Shown here one piece after another: positions 49,502 through 59,602 of a stretch of 59,734 nt of DNA (positions are counted from its first letter, which is position 1; each line of letters starts with the position of its first letter). Source of the stretch: a virus (lineage: Duplodnaviria; Caudoviricetes); the IMG/VR virus record IMGVR_UViG_3300032676_000325, positions 1 to 59,734 of that record, one strand, 5' to 3'. The position numbers and the translations under genes are program-made. The notes under the pieces were generated by a model that saw nothing but the letters and a program-made list of their open reading frames with translations, was not told where the DNA came from and ran no database searches.

Positions 49502-50014
49502 TTATTTGAGGAATTCTTCGATATCTAAATTATAATAGATGCTGTTGATCTTATGTACACCTAGCAAGAATAACACATAACTTGCTACGCTTGATCCACG
49601 ACCTACACCCCAAACAATGTTATTCTTTCTTAATGTATCCACTAGATATTTCATGTAACGTAATAGATTAAAAGCATCACGTTCTTGAAATAGCAGTAAT
49701 TCTTCACCTACTCGTTGTAGTTCATAATCTGCTGTACATAATCCTAAGACATAAGCAGCAATGTCTAGTTCCTTGTATTCATCTGGCATGCGCCACTTGG
49801 CTTGAAAGCGGTTATCAAAGAAACTGACGGTTTCTCCTAGTTCAATATACCCATGTAAGTGTGGAAGTTCTGCGTGTAATACATCACGACTTTTATTATA
49901 TTCTTGCGGATCTTCAACCTGAAACAGGCGCAAGTCTAAGTCAGGGTTTTTATACAGTAAGTTACACAATTCGTTACTATCTGTATACCTTCTGCCGTAT
50001 TCGTCGTATTTCAT
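49502..50014 (-). CDS. stand-alone DnaE (Pol III alpha) palm-like fragment
   Basis: RVGEEL...VWGVGRGSSVASYVLFLLGV matches the DnaE GRGS-x-x-S-x-V-x-Y-x-LGI segment; only 170 aa. Confidence 0.7.
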   Translation of the reverse strand: MKYDEYGRRYTDSNELCNLLYKNPDLDLRLFQVEDPQEYNKSRDVLHAELPHLHGYIELGETVSFFDNRFQAKWRMPDEYKELDIAAYVLGLCTADYELQRVGEELLLFQERDAFNLLRYMKYLVDTLRKNNIVWGVGRGSSVASYVLFLLGVHKINSIYYNLDIEEFLK

Positions 50015-50262
50015 TAGTCGCGTGTAATATCTTTTGAACTGTCTTCAGGAGAGATTCTGCCAGACTTTTGTGCATCTGCTAACATTTTTTGATTACGACG
50101 TTCCATTTCCATCATATAGTCTTGTGCTAACAATTGCAGTTGCCCTACCATATCCGGATTGCCAATACGATAGGCATAATTCATACGAGTTTGAATTTCT
50201 GCACGTTTAGTGTGAAATTCTTCATCTGACATTTTAGACAAGTCTGGTGCAAGTGGATGCAT
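50014..50262 (-). CDS. hypothetical protein
   Basis: 82 aa helical ORF, coupled. Confidence 0.7.
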   Translation of the reverse strand: MHPLAPDLSKMSDEEFHTKRAEIQTRMNYAYRIGNPDMVGQLQLLAQDYMMEMERRNQKMLADAQKSGRISPEDSSKDITRD

Positions 50263-50669
50263 TATAAGTCTCCGGTTTTCCTGTTTTCGCTGTAGTATGG
50301 ATCAAAGCTACCACCTGGATAACGTGCTTCTAACTTACGCACATTTTCGGCGATAACATCATTTGGATCTAAGTTTAATGCACGGCAAGCATTTACCCAA
50401 TACCACATAACATCACCTAGTTCACGTTTCATGTGAAAAATAGCTTCTTCATTTAATGGCTTACCTTGGAACACACATTTCTTAGGGATTTCAACAAATT
50501 CGCCACATTCAGCAGCTAACCCAATGGCTGCAGTTAATAACAATGCGATATTTACTGTGCTGGTTTCTCCCAATACGGTAAGTTGACTAATAAGGTCTGC
50601 TTCAAAATTTGAAGCGTCGCTGGTTACAGCTCTAACAAAGTCTTGATATTTGTTTAAATCGATTTGCAT
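50262..50669 (-). CDS. mazG: MazG-like NTP pyrophosphohydrolase
   Basis: GLAAECGE...ELGDVMWY...NVRKLEARY. Confidence 0.88.
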   Translation of the reverse strand: MQIDLNKYQDFVRAVTSDASNFEADLISQLTVLGETSTVNIALLLTAAIGLAAECGEFVEIPKKCVFQGKPLNEEAIFHMKRELGDVMWYWVNACRALNLDPNDVIAENVRKLEARYPGGSFDPYYSENRKTGDL

Positions 50670-50678
50670 AAATGAAAA

Positions 50679-50722
50679 ACTCCTTATACTACATTATATG
50701 CTAATGTAACATAAGGAGTCAA
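50679..50722 (-). promoter_or_regulatory. terminator hairpin overlapping the mazG promoter and SD
   Basis: 18-bp stem (two G-U pairs) followed by a U-tract; overlaps TTGACT-N18-TATAAT and contains AAGGAG. Confidence 0.65.
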
Positions 50723-50738
50723 GTAGTTTGGTTAAGAA

Positions 50739-51692
50739 TTAACTGATTTTATACCATTTGCTTTCTGTAGCATGGAAGAAAAATGTACTTGAGCTACCTG
50801 CCGATAATGCTATATTAGCACTCGGTGATAACGCCGTACCTGAATTTGGGTTAACTTGTAATCCAGCAATTGCTACGTTTGAACTAATAGAAACTGTAGT
50901 AGCATCTACGTTAGCATTTGGTAATGTTACTATCATACCAAAAGGTGTACTGGTAGTTGTTGGGGTAATAATTAAGCGTTCTACATTATTACCGATAGTA
51001 ACAGCTGCATTAGCTGCAGGAGCAGTTAATTGGTAACCACCAACAACACGTGCGCCTTTAGTAGTTAGTGTACCTGAAATACTAATATTGCTTACTGTCT
51101 GATAGTTATTAACTAGATCACTAATACTAATAGTAGTACCGCCATCGTTACTACTGAATTCATAAAGATAAAGACCTGTACTAGGGAAATTAATAGTTTG
51201 TCCAACAGCCCCTTGAATGTCACTTAAATTATCAACTACACTACTCGGCAATGTTAATGTATATGCAGTATTTGGCACAATAACCTGTAATCTAAATCTA
51301 GCATAAACACCAAGACTGGCAGCTGGCCAATTTGTAAATGCAGTAATTGTAGTTGCTTGACTAAGAGTAATACTTTGATAATTAGCAGCGGCCCATGAAA
51401 TTGAAGGTGTACTTGTACTCGGAACTCCGATATTACTAAAAGTATCCACAGTTGCTAACATTGCTGCATGAATAATCTGTGCATAATTCAAATCATTGTT
51501 AGTTGCTGACTGTCCAACTGAACCCAATGGTGCTTTAAGTAAAGCATTTTGTTGTAGGTCAGTCAACTCAGTAGCCGCAAAATTTAAATTGTTTTTGATA
51601 TTTGTAAAATTATCACGGAATCCTTGGCTGTCGTTATCTTGACCAGCAATCGGATACGTTCCGTCGATGTTATTAGGGTTAATGCTACTCAT
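50739..51692 (-). CDS. virion structural (tail/baseplate) protein
   Basis: YPIAGQDNDSQGFRDNF N-terminal motif; S/T/N-rich beta content; coupled to the large baseplate-like gene. Confidence 0.65.
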   Translation of the reverse strand: MSSINPNNIDGTYPIAGQDNDSQGFRDNFTNIKNNLNFAATELTDLQQNALLKAPLGSVGQSATNNDLNYAQIIHAAMLATVDTFSNIGVPSTSTPSISWAAANYQSITLSQATTITAFTNWPAASLGVYARFRLQVIVPNTAYTLTLPSSVVDNLSDIQGAVGQTINFPSTGLYLYEFSSNDGGTTISISDLVNNYQTVSNISISGTLTTKGARVVGGYQLTAPAANAAVTIGNNVERLIITPTTTSTPFGMIVTLPNANVDATTVSISSNVAIAGLQVNPNSGTALSPSANIALSAGSSSTFFFHATESKWYKIS

Positions 51693-54600
51693 TATGTAAA
51701 TACTCCAGTTTTAGCGAATTTAATATATTTATCTCCGGCTTCGGGTACAGTGTAACTATCTCGATTGTTAAGGAAGCGAGTACCGTTCTGATCAAATGAT
51801 AGGACAGTTGTATTAATCTGTTGTGGTATATCGCTATAGCTTGGATATAAATTACCAGGTTTAGGTTTTGTATCGTAGAAAATATTTATTCCGCCGTGCG
51901 TAACACCATTTCTTACGAATAATTTTAAGTTAGGAACTGCACTACTAATAGTAGTTGATGTTTGTACATATCTACCAACTATAGGATCATATACTGTCGA
52001 TGTAACAGGAAAATCCATTACATAAGTTAATGTAACAATGTTGTCATCATCAATATTAATCTGCCAAACACCTGCACGTTGATTAATCACTGAAAATTGT
52101 TGATTCTCTAAGAATCCAGGAACATAACTGGCTGCATCCCAACCTTCTGTACTATCATAATCCCATTCATCTTGAGTTGAAGATCCTCCCCATGTTGCTG
52201 AAATATTAGCCCAACCTTGATTATAAATGTTACTGATCTCTATACCAGTTTGATATTCTTGTTTAAAGAATACTAATAATTGACCAGAGGTATATGTAGT
52301 AACTCCATCTAATCCTAATATTCCATTGGCATCTGCAACTTCATTGATTGAAGTCACTGATCTACCATTAATAGATTCAAATGGTATGCTTACAGCATAG
52401 TCAATTGTTCCTGAATAAGGATATTGATCACTTCTTCCTGGATATCTATCAAATGTTGTTTCTTGACTAGGTATAAATCCACCAACATTACTGGTTGATA
52501 TCACCTGTGTATTGCCGCTAGGTATTGCATTGGCTGTTAAATAGCCAATGTTTATACCTATATTATTTGGAACAAATGTAGTATAATCCCATGTTCCGAC
52601 TACAGTATTAATAGGATATGTTATATATTGTCCGCCAATTAATATTTTTTGGGCCGTAGTTAATGATACTTCTTTAAGTATTTGATAGTTAGCACTGTAA
52701 ATATTGTCGAGATCATAACGATCAACAGTAAAGTCGAATGTATTTAGATCAAATCCCTGTTGTTGGAATCGCCAAGCAAGAGCTTCACTTGCTCCGGGTT
52801 TTGTATATGCTAACACTACTGCACGTTTAAATCCCAGCACGCTACTATCTCTTTGTAAGGTAGTCATCCAATCAGGTAATGCACCTTTATTTGCATAACC
52901 CACTACACTAACTATAGCATTATCCATATTACCAAATGCATTTGGGTATCCTGTTACATAGGCTACGTTATTAGCGTCATAATATGGATTTGCAGTCGAC
53001 AATGTAAAACTGTTTGCTGGAGATTGTCCTAGAGCATTGGTATTTTGATCTATAATTTCTGCATAAACAACTTCATATTTTATGTGTTCGTTACTTAGTT
53101 GTGTACCTGTTGGTATTGTAGAACTAGGTACATAGCCTAGGCTAAAATCAGTAGGGATAAATCCAATTGTGTCCTGGAACGTACCTATAACTTGACCATC
53201 TGAAAGTTGTATAACATCGTAACTACTATCTCGAGCAATAGCAGTTTGAATTGGCCCAAATGTTAAGCGTTTAGTATAATGATTAACTTCAACTGCTGCA
53301 GCATATTCTGCAAGTGCGCTTGGTTGTAAACCTGCTAAGAACAATGCTCGTATGTCTCTAGCAACTCCGTAATATGGATCTTCGACTCTATACAACATAT
53401 CTAGTGGAAACATAGATTGATCTTGCATAAGTGATTGGAATGTATCTCGTTGGCTCTGACTTAATAATGCTTTCAGATATAGGTTCTCATATGGAGAAGT
53501 GTTGCGTTCAACTACCTGTATAGTAAATGTCTGTGTAGCACTAATTGTATTATCAAAGTCGCTGGCTGTTACTGAGAATGTGTAGGTATCATCAAATGTG
53601 GTTGCTCTACCGTCAATAGTTGTTGTACCTTGATCTAAACTAAACACTTCAAAACTAACTCTACCAGAAATTAAACCTGATGAAGTTAAGGTTAATCCTT
53701 GCGGCAGTCTAATTTGTGATCCTGGTGAATAAGCTCCACTAAAACTACCATCAAAGTTTGCGCTGTTGCTATTTGACCCAGGTGTGTATGTATAATACAA
53801 TGTTTTATTTTTAGATGATATTGCTTTAACAAATAAATCGCTAACTTTACCGTTTTCGATAGTACCTAAATTGCTAGGAGTTAACCATGTAACTGTATTA
53901 TCTAAATCACCTAACACTGTTATAGTAAACAATCTAGTACTTTTATATTGTGCATTATCGGCAGTACAGTTTAATGGATAATCTTTTTTGTACACTGCAA
54001 GTTCAAAATTATAACTTGATTGTGCAGAAGTTTGTGAAGGCAAGTAACCTGTAATCCAACCCGAATTTATATCTATAATACTAGAAAATCCATTAGGTAA
54101 GATTAATGGCAATGTTAATGCACCTTGATCATATTTGGTATCATCATACCCAAATTCGCCGTGATCAATTAGTGAACCAATGGCTACTCCTGCACTTAAA
54201 ATAGAAGTTAAAACAGCACCTGTACTTGATCCTGCAATATTAGCTGTAGTACTATTTAAAACAAAAGTATAACTATTTTGGTATACAGCACCAATATCAG
54301 TTTGCGCTATAATAGTATACGGATAAGAGTTAACCATTGTACCATTTATAGATACATTCCCACCAGTGGTTGAGAATGAACCTGCTAGATATTGTAGTGA
54401 AATTAAAGATAGATTGGCTGCTGATGTAGTTACTATAGCATTTGCACTACCTTGTGTAATATAAGATCCCGCAGTGGCAGTTATTAGATTACCAGCAAAT
54501 AATATTGTACCAGTGGTATTACTGATAGTTGAAATTTGTGCATTAGCAAAACCTTGTGTTAGATATGTACCCACAGTACCTGTAACTATGCCATTACCAG

Positions 54601-55702
54601 TTAATCTAACTTTTGTGTATTGATTTACAGTAGCAGTATGCCAAAAAGTCTCATCAGTTGATGGATCCGTATATAAAACTTGTACCTGAGCACCGTTGGC
54701 CAAGAAAGGCACATTTGGATTGGCTATAGAAGTAGTACCTACATATAAATTACCATCAGTTACAATTTCATTGATAAACGGTATACCAAGCGGACTGGTT
54801 TCCTCGTCGTACGCACCAGATGATACAGATGGAATTTCATATTGAAGCGTATCGCCATCTAAGTCAATTGCTTGAATTTGGAATGAGAAATATCCACCTT
54901 GTCGTTCTGGAACAATGTCACTTTGTTGTGTTAATATGATTGGATTATGTAAAGGTTCAGTATTAATATTTACAAGATTAGAATCTACAGTATATGTATT
55001 ACTGTCAGCAGTTAAAGCAGCAGTTGGCAATACCAACATAGTATAAGTTGATAAATCAGAATTTACGCCATCGCTTGCTTCTATTGTAAATGTAAATTCT
55101 TTACTGGTTGTTCCTAAAGGAAATTGCCATCCTAATTCATCCCAAGCAGATTCATCCCAACCAGTTTCACTACTTGGGCCAACTTGGGCAATAGGTTTTA
55201 AATATCCGTATATTACCCCTGTGGAACTTAATGACAGCCCGTCTGGTAGACTACCAGATTTTACTGACCATGTTATAGTAGCACCAGGTATAAATTCAAA
55301 TGCATCTAGCTGTAGCGCAGGATAATTAATAGTTAGTATGTTAATTACAGTACCATCAAGAAATGATCCAAGATCAATATTTTTAGGAACAATAATCGGC
55401 GGAGCAACGTTGGTAATAGTTAGATTAAAAGTTCGATCGCTGACCTTTCCAGTAGAAGTATTAGTTACACGTACAGTAAATGTGTAGGTAACATTATTAT
55501 CTAGTGTAACATTATTGATAGGGACGCCTTGTAAGTATCCTGTGGCCATTACAACTTGTAATCCTGGAGGCAATTGACCAGAGATTTGATTGTATACTAA
55601 TGTTCCACCAGCGTCATCAGTGGCAGATAATTGGAATGAATAATATTCCAACTCCGGTACTATACCTAAATTACCTGCAGGTGTGCTCCAAGTTAAAGAC
55701 AT
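51692..55702 (-). CDS. large baseplate wedge-like protein with Ig-like repeats
   Basis: 1336 aa with repeated W.TP.GNLG and G.LP.GL.L...G.I.G Ig-like motifs. Confidence 0.7.
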   Translation of the reverse strand: MSLTWSTPAGNLGIVPELEYYSFQLSATDDAGGTLVYNQISGQLPPGLQVVMATGYLQGVPINNVTLDNNVTYTFTVRVTNTSTGKVSDRTFNLTITNVAPPIIVPKNIDLGSFLDGTVINILTINYPALQLDAFEFIPGATITWSVKSGSLPDGLSLSSTGVIYGYLKPIAQVGPSSETGWDESAWDELGWQFPLGTTSKEFTFTIEASDGVNSDLSTYTMLVLPTAALTADSNTYTVDSNLVNINTEPLHNPIILTQQSDIVPERQGGYFSFQIQAIDLDGDTLQYEIPSVSSGAYDEETSPLGIPFINEIVTDGNLYVGTTSIANPNVPFLANGAQVQVLYTDPSTDETFWHTATVNQYTKVRLTGNGIVTGTVGTYLTQGFANAQISTISNTTGTILFAGNLITATAGSYITQGSANAIVTTSAANLSLISLQYLAGSFSTTGGNVSINGTMVNSYPYTIIAQTDIGAVYQNSYTFVLNSTTANIAGSSTGAVLTSILSAGVAIGSLIDHGEFGYDDTKYDQGALTLPLILPNGFSSIIDINSGWITGYLPSQTSAQSSYNFELAVYKKDYPLNCTADNAQYKSTRLFTITVLGDLDNTVTWLTPSNLGTIENGKVSDLFVKAISSKNKTLYYTYTPGSNSNSANFDGSFSGAYSPGSQIRLPQGLTLTSSGLISGRVSFEVFSLDQGTTTIDGRATTFDDTYTFSVTASDFDNTISATQTFTIQVVERNTSPYENLYLKALLSQSQRDTFQSLMQDQSMFPLDMLYRVEDPYYGVARDIRALFLAGLQPSALAEYAAAVEVNHYTKRLTFGPIQTAIARDSSYDVIQLSDGQVIGTFQDTIGFIPTDFSLGYVPSSTIPTGTQLSNEHIKYEVVYAEIIDQNTNALGQSPANSFTLSTANPYYDANNVAYVTGYPNAFGNMDNAIVSVVGYANKGALPDWMTTLQRDSSVLGFKRAVVLAYTKPGASEALAWRFQQQGFDLNTFDFTVDRYDLDNIYSANYQILKEVSLTTAQKILIGGQYITYPINTVVGTWDYTTFVPNNIGINIGYLTANAIPSGNTQVISTSNVGGFIPSQETTFDRYPGRSDQYPYSGTIDYAVSIPFESINGRSVTSINEVADANGILGLDGVTTYTSGQLLVFFKQEYQTGIEISNIYNQGWANISATWGGSSTQDEWDYDSTEGWDAASYVPGFLENQQFSVINQRAGVWQINIDDDNIVTLTYVMDFPVTSTVYDPIVGRYVQTSTTISSAVPNLKLFVRNGVTHGGINIFYDTKPKPGNLYPSYSDIPQQINTTVLSFDQNGTRFLNNRDSYTVPEAGDKYIKFAKTGVFT

Positions 55703-55713
55703 TTATTATCCTA

Positions 55714-56049
55714 TTACCAAATAGCAACGTTTGCACGACGCCATGTATTTGTTGCAACACATATATAAATATGTCCGCTATCCCACGCTATTTGTCCTGT
55801 TGAACCAACAGAAGTGTTTGAGCTAGGAACATATGAGCTGTTAGCAATTAAGTTACCACTTATAGTAGCAGTGATTGCATCAATTTCATTTGCTACTTTA
55901 ATATTTGCAACTGCTATACCTATTGTAGTAATATTAGCAAAGTTACTATTTACTTGAATAAATGCATCACGTAAATCAGATCCTGTGCCATCGTTTGGGC
56001 TTGAACCTACGTTAATTGTATTGAATGGGCTGGGTGTGCTTATAGTCAT
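55714..56049 (-). CDS. short baseplate/fibre protein with a T4 gp9/gp10-like N-terminus
   Basis: INVGSSPNDGTGSDLRDAFIQVNSNF; C-terminal GQIAWD..IYICVATNTW; TAAATA at 56075-56080. Confidence 0.75.
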   Translation of the reverse strand: MTISTPSPFNTINVGSSPNDGTGSDLRDAFIQVNSNFANITTIGIAVANIKVANEIDAITATISGNLIANSSYVPSSNTSVGSTGQIAWDSGHIYICVATNTWRRANVAIW

Positions 56050-56099
56050 AGTTTATCTCATAATACTGTTTAAGTATTTATGTTAAAACTTTTATATGA

Positions 56100-56867
56100 C
56101 TATTTGTTTGTGCTGATTAAATGTTCGATAAGCCAAGCTGCTGGATCTAATTCCCACCAACTATGACCATGACGATAGTCGCCTGCACGTGCATGATGAT
56201 AATTATGCCAACCTTCACCAAGACTTAGCAAACTGGCTATCCAAGAGTTTTTTGCACTATCTTTAGTGGGTATAACAACATATCCGTGCATATGAGCAAT
56301 AACTGTGGCTGAACTAATCATCATATAACCACCACAAGCAGGTACACAATATAACCATATAACTAACCACGGGTTGATTAAAGCCAGTATTGCTACATAA
56401 GCAAATATAATTTTATAGTAATGCTTATTAAAAAACATTAATAGTGGATCTCGAAGTTCATTACGAATAAACTTACGACTAAATTTACTTCTATCCCAAA
56501 AATATGTCCATGCTTTAAGTACGCCAATACGATGTGGGTCATGTGGATCTTCTGGTGTATCTGAGTGTATGTGATGGTACCTATGAAGTCCTACCCAACC
56601 AATGATTGGACCTACAGTACAGATAGTGCCACAGAATACCATAATGTATTCCCAAAATCTTGTAGTTTTAAAGCCACGATGGCAGAAGTATCTATGAAAT
56701 CCGATGTTAACACCAAGGATAACAATCCAAAAGTATGCAACTAATCCTAGCCATAGATAGTTAATACTTATTGTACCTGTAAACACAGCATACAACCCAT
56801 ATACAACCAATAAATGATTTATTAGATGTAATATCTTAATGTGATTGTCATAGTTTAATTTAATCAT
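56100..56867 (-). CDS. fatty acid desaturase (delta-9-like)
   Basis: HRYFCH, HRYHH, GEGWHNYHH and WWELDP. Confidence 0.95.
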   Translation of the reverse strand: MIKLNYDNHIKILHLINHLLVVYGLYAVFTGTISINYLWLGLVAYFWIVILGVNIGFHRYFCHRGFKTTRFWEYIMVFCGTICTVGPIIGWVGLHRYHHIHSDTPEDPHDPHRIGVLKAWTYFWDRSKFSRKFIRNELRDPLLMFFNKHYYKIIFAYVAILALINPWLVIWLYCVPACGGYMMISSATVIAHMHGYVVIPTKDSAKNSWIASLLSLGEGWHNYHHARAGDYRHGHSWWELDPAAWLIEHLISTNK

Positions 56868-57625
56868 CGTTTTTCGAATCTTTTTAATATGCGACCATCG
56901 GTTGTGTGTATACTGTCTGCTGGCACGCTGTCATACACTTTACTGTTAATCCATAATACAGAATTATCACCTACTGTGATCTTAGGACTTGTTAATAGTT
57001 TTCTGGCAGGTTTAGTTGGTACGCACCAAACCCCTGGACCTACACGTACATTATTGCCAATTTCTGTATGTGCTAGACCTGCCCAACCACTGATGCTAGA
57101 GTTACGACCAATCTTAACTTCATTATGTAAGAATACACCAAATTCAATAAATGAGTAATCGCCTATTTCAATATCTACACCAAACGCACATTCACCTGAT
57201 ATAATAATACCTTTACCTAAACGAGCATTAGCTAATCTTCCGTACCATGTTGAATTAGGGTGAATTAAGTTTGGGCAATTTACTCCTGCACGATCTAATA
57301 GGTTAGCACGCTCTAATCTAACTATTTCGTTATCTAACCCGTGACCGCCTAGATATTGACGACCATCCCACCATGATGTAAGTGCAAATGCACAGGTTTT
57401 CTTCCACTTAATAGCCTGCTTATCACTTGGATCTAACAATTGTTCTTCACTGCCAATAATAGGAATGCCTGCAATATCAGTGGTATTGCCATAGTAGTAT
57501 TTGTCTAAAATACCTATGACTTCATAGCCACAGTCTTCCGCGATATATTGAATTAGCTTGATACAGTTCCTAGCACCTACAAAAATAATAGGTTTAGGTC
57601 TGCAAAAAAATTTGAATAAGTTCAT
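56864..57625 (-). CDS. hexapeptide-repeat acyltransferase (NeuD/PglD-like)
   Basis: N-terminal Rossmann-like part ([15 protein letters not shown]), NLIHP and beta-helix repeats. Confidence 0.8.
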   Translation of the reverse strand: MNLFKFFCRPKPIIFVGARNCIKLIQYIAEDCGYEVIGILDKYYYGNTTDIAGIPIIGSEEQLLDPSDKQAIKWKKTCAFALTSWWDGRQYLGGHGLDNEIVRLERANLLDRAGVNCPNLIHPNSTWYGRLANARLGKGIIISGECAFGVDIEIGDYSFIEFGVFLHNEVKIGRNSSISGWAGLAHTEIGNNVRVGPGVWCVPTKPARKLLTSPKITVGDNSVLWINSKVYDSVPADSIHTTDGRILKRFEKR

Positions 57626-57837
57626 CGACGATATACAATTCTTGCTTTGTTTAGGTCATACGGTGACATTTCAACATCTACCTTATCACCCATAATGATC
57701 TTAATTGTGTGCATACGTAGCTTGCCGCCGATATATGCAACGACTATGTGATCATTTTCTAATTTAACTCTGAACATACTGTTGCCTAATACTTCCTCAA
57801 CAACACCGCTCATTTTAATTACTTCTTCTTTTGCCAT
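57622..57837 (-). CDS. infA: translation initiation factor IF-1
   Basis: [26 protein letters not shown]...[28 protein letters not shown]. Confidence 0.97.
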   Translation of the reverse strand: MAKEEVIKMSGVVEEVLGNSMFRVKLENDHIVVAYIGGKLRMHTIKIIMGDKVDVEMSPYDLNKARIVYRR

Positions 57838-58590
57838 CTACCTTGTTAACACTTTAATAAAAACAGGAGTCGGATCTATCAGCACATTATGTGAATAGAT
57901 CTTTTCAGTTGGATTGTTATGGTGAAATTCCTGCAAACTTTCACCTCCTGTTAAGAATCCTAAGCTAGGAATATCTCTAACATGGTTGATCCCTGGATGA
58001 CAAGGTAACCCATTTACGATTACATTGGCCATTAATTTTAATAGTATAGCTGGCCAACTGAATATAACTACTGCTAGGTGTACATTAATAATAGCAGTTA
58101 ATACAAATCCAAGCAACCAGATTCTGTAATAATTTACGTGTACTGATAATAGAAATTTATCACGCAATAGATCTTTGGGCACAGGAGTTTTTAACTTTTT
58201 AAAATAGGATTGGGGGTATAATTCTAATAGACCAGTCATTGCTACCCACGCACCATGTGCTGTTGGGCTATGCGGGTCCGTGATTAGATCAGTCTGTGAA
58301 TGATGGCGTCTATGTATAGCTGCATAGGTGATCGGACTGCCCATACTACATAAAATAGCAAAAGGTAATAACAATATTTCTACTATTCTATTTAATTTAA
58401 ATTGTTTGTGTGAATAATAACGATGTAATAATAGACTGTTACCGATGGTAGTAGTAAACCAAGCAAATAAGACTGCTATAATTGATTGATGTAATGTTAT
58501 AAATGTTAAGCTGTAGAGGAATAGTGCATATATAAACAAATTAAAATATGCAGTTTTCCAATTCTCTAATAGTTCCCCTACCCTTAGCAT
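57838..58590 (-). CDS. fatty acid desaturase-like protein
   Basis: HRYYSH, HRRHH and DPHSP; third box QEFHH; TATAAATA at 58596-58603. Confidence 0.85.
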   Translation of the reverse strand: MLRVGELLENWKTAYFNLFIYALFLYSLTFITLHQSIIAVLFAWFTTTIGNSLLLHRYYSHKQFKLNRIVEILLLPFAILCSMGSPITYAAIHRRHHSQTDLITDPHSPTAHGAWVAMTGLLELYPQSYFKKLKTPVPKDLLRDKFLLSVHVNYYRIWLLGFVLTAIINVHLAVVIFSWPAILLKLMANVIVNGLPCHPGINHVRDIPSLGFLTGGESLQEFHHNNPTEKIYSHNVLIDPTPVFIKVLTR

Positions 58591-58608
58591 AGTGTTATTT
58601 ATAGAATA

Positions 58609-58884
58609 TTACTCAGGTTTGCTAATAATAGCCCAAGTCATGAACTCTTTAAATGCTTTGTATACTGCTTCTGCTTCACCTGGGCCTTGTTCTACCTTTA
58701 CGCCACGAACGTAGAAGCCATCTGGGGTAATTTTAAGCATTTCGTCATCTGTGCCAGCATTAAAGATAACAGTGTTATTTTTGGATTCATTTTCCCAAAG
58801 TTCATACTCAACGTTGAGGTCTTTTTTAACTGCGTATTGATAATCTTCCCACTCATTCCAGTACCATTGTTTTTCATCACCCAT
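58609..58884 (-). CDS. hypothetical protein
   Basis: Start reset to MGDEK after the GGAG SD. Confidence 0.65.
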   Translation of the reverse strand: MGDEKQWYWNEWEDYQYAVKKDLNVEYELWENESKNNTVIFNAGTDDEMLKITPDGFYVRGVKVEQGPGEAEAVYKAFKEFMTWAIISKPE

Positions 58885-59062
58885 TGACTTCTCCCCACGG
58901 ACCATTACAACCTGACCAATCTTGTACGTCAGTGCTCCAGATCATTAAACGATTGTACACAGGATATAACCAATATCCATAAGTCCAGTGCATAGGTTTA
59001 CTGACTAAGTCTCCTAGCCAGTACAATGTCCAACTTAGAATATATCCGATTAACTTTTTCAC
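58877..59062 (-). CDS. small Trp-rich hypothetical protein
   Basis: 61 aa, coupled. Confidence 0.6.
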   Translation of the reverse strand: MKKLIGYILSWTLYWLGDLVSKPMHWTYGYWLYPVYNRLMIWSTDVQDWSGCNGPWGEVNG

Positions 59063-59601
59063 TCAGCAACTACCTTAGGTTTTGATTTCTTTCTAATAGC
59101 TTTTTTAGCTTCTTCTGCTGTTAAGGTAACCGTTACAGTATCTTCTACCTCTACTTCTAGCTCAATACTATCTATCCCCATACCGCAGTACGCATCGAAC
59201 TCACTGGCGATCTCTATTGCCTTAACTGAATCAGCACCAGCTCGCATAGCACCCAAGGCATATTCGGCACCAGACCCAATAGCAAAAACATCATTCTCTG
59301 TATAATCAAGGTACTCGTCGGTGCCTGTATACATATAAACTCCCTTCCACGGGGTCACCACCATCAAATGTGGATGACTATCACCTTGCCAAGTTGGAAA
59401 TTTAACGAATTCACCTACTTCTTTCTTACAAACACTATCATACCATTCCATGTATCGCTTACAATCAGTCGAATTACCAGTAGCACCTATTAGATGCCCA
59501 TTATCCAAACGAGTGATTTTTCTAAGTTTTCTTTTCATTGATCCAGCTGTGGTTTGTTTATCTGCTGACAATGTTTTACCATCCCACGCAATAACGGTCA
59601 T
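59059..59601 (-). CDS. Ntn-hydrolase, HslV/proteasome-beta-like peptidase
   Basis: N-terminal M-T-V-I-A, ADKQ, K, AIGSG..YALGA and D..C. Confidence 0.75.
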   Translation of the reverse strand: MTVIAWDGKTLSADKQTTAGSMKRKLRKITRLDNGHLIGATGNSTDCKRYMEWYDSVCKKEVGEFVKFPTWQGDSHPHLMVVTPWKGVYMYTGTDEYLDYTENDVFAIGSGAEYALGAMRAGADSVKAIEIASEFDAYCGMGIDSIELEVEVEDTVTVTLTAEEAKKAIRKKSKPKVVAE

Positions 59602-59602
59602 A

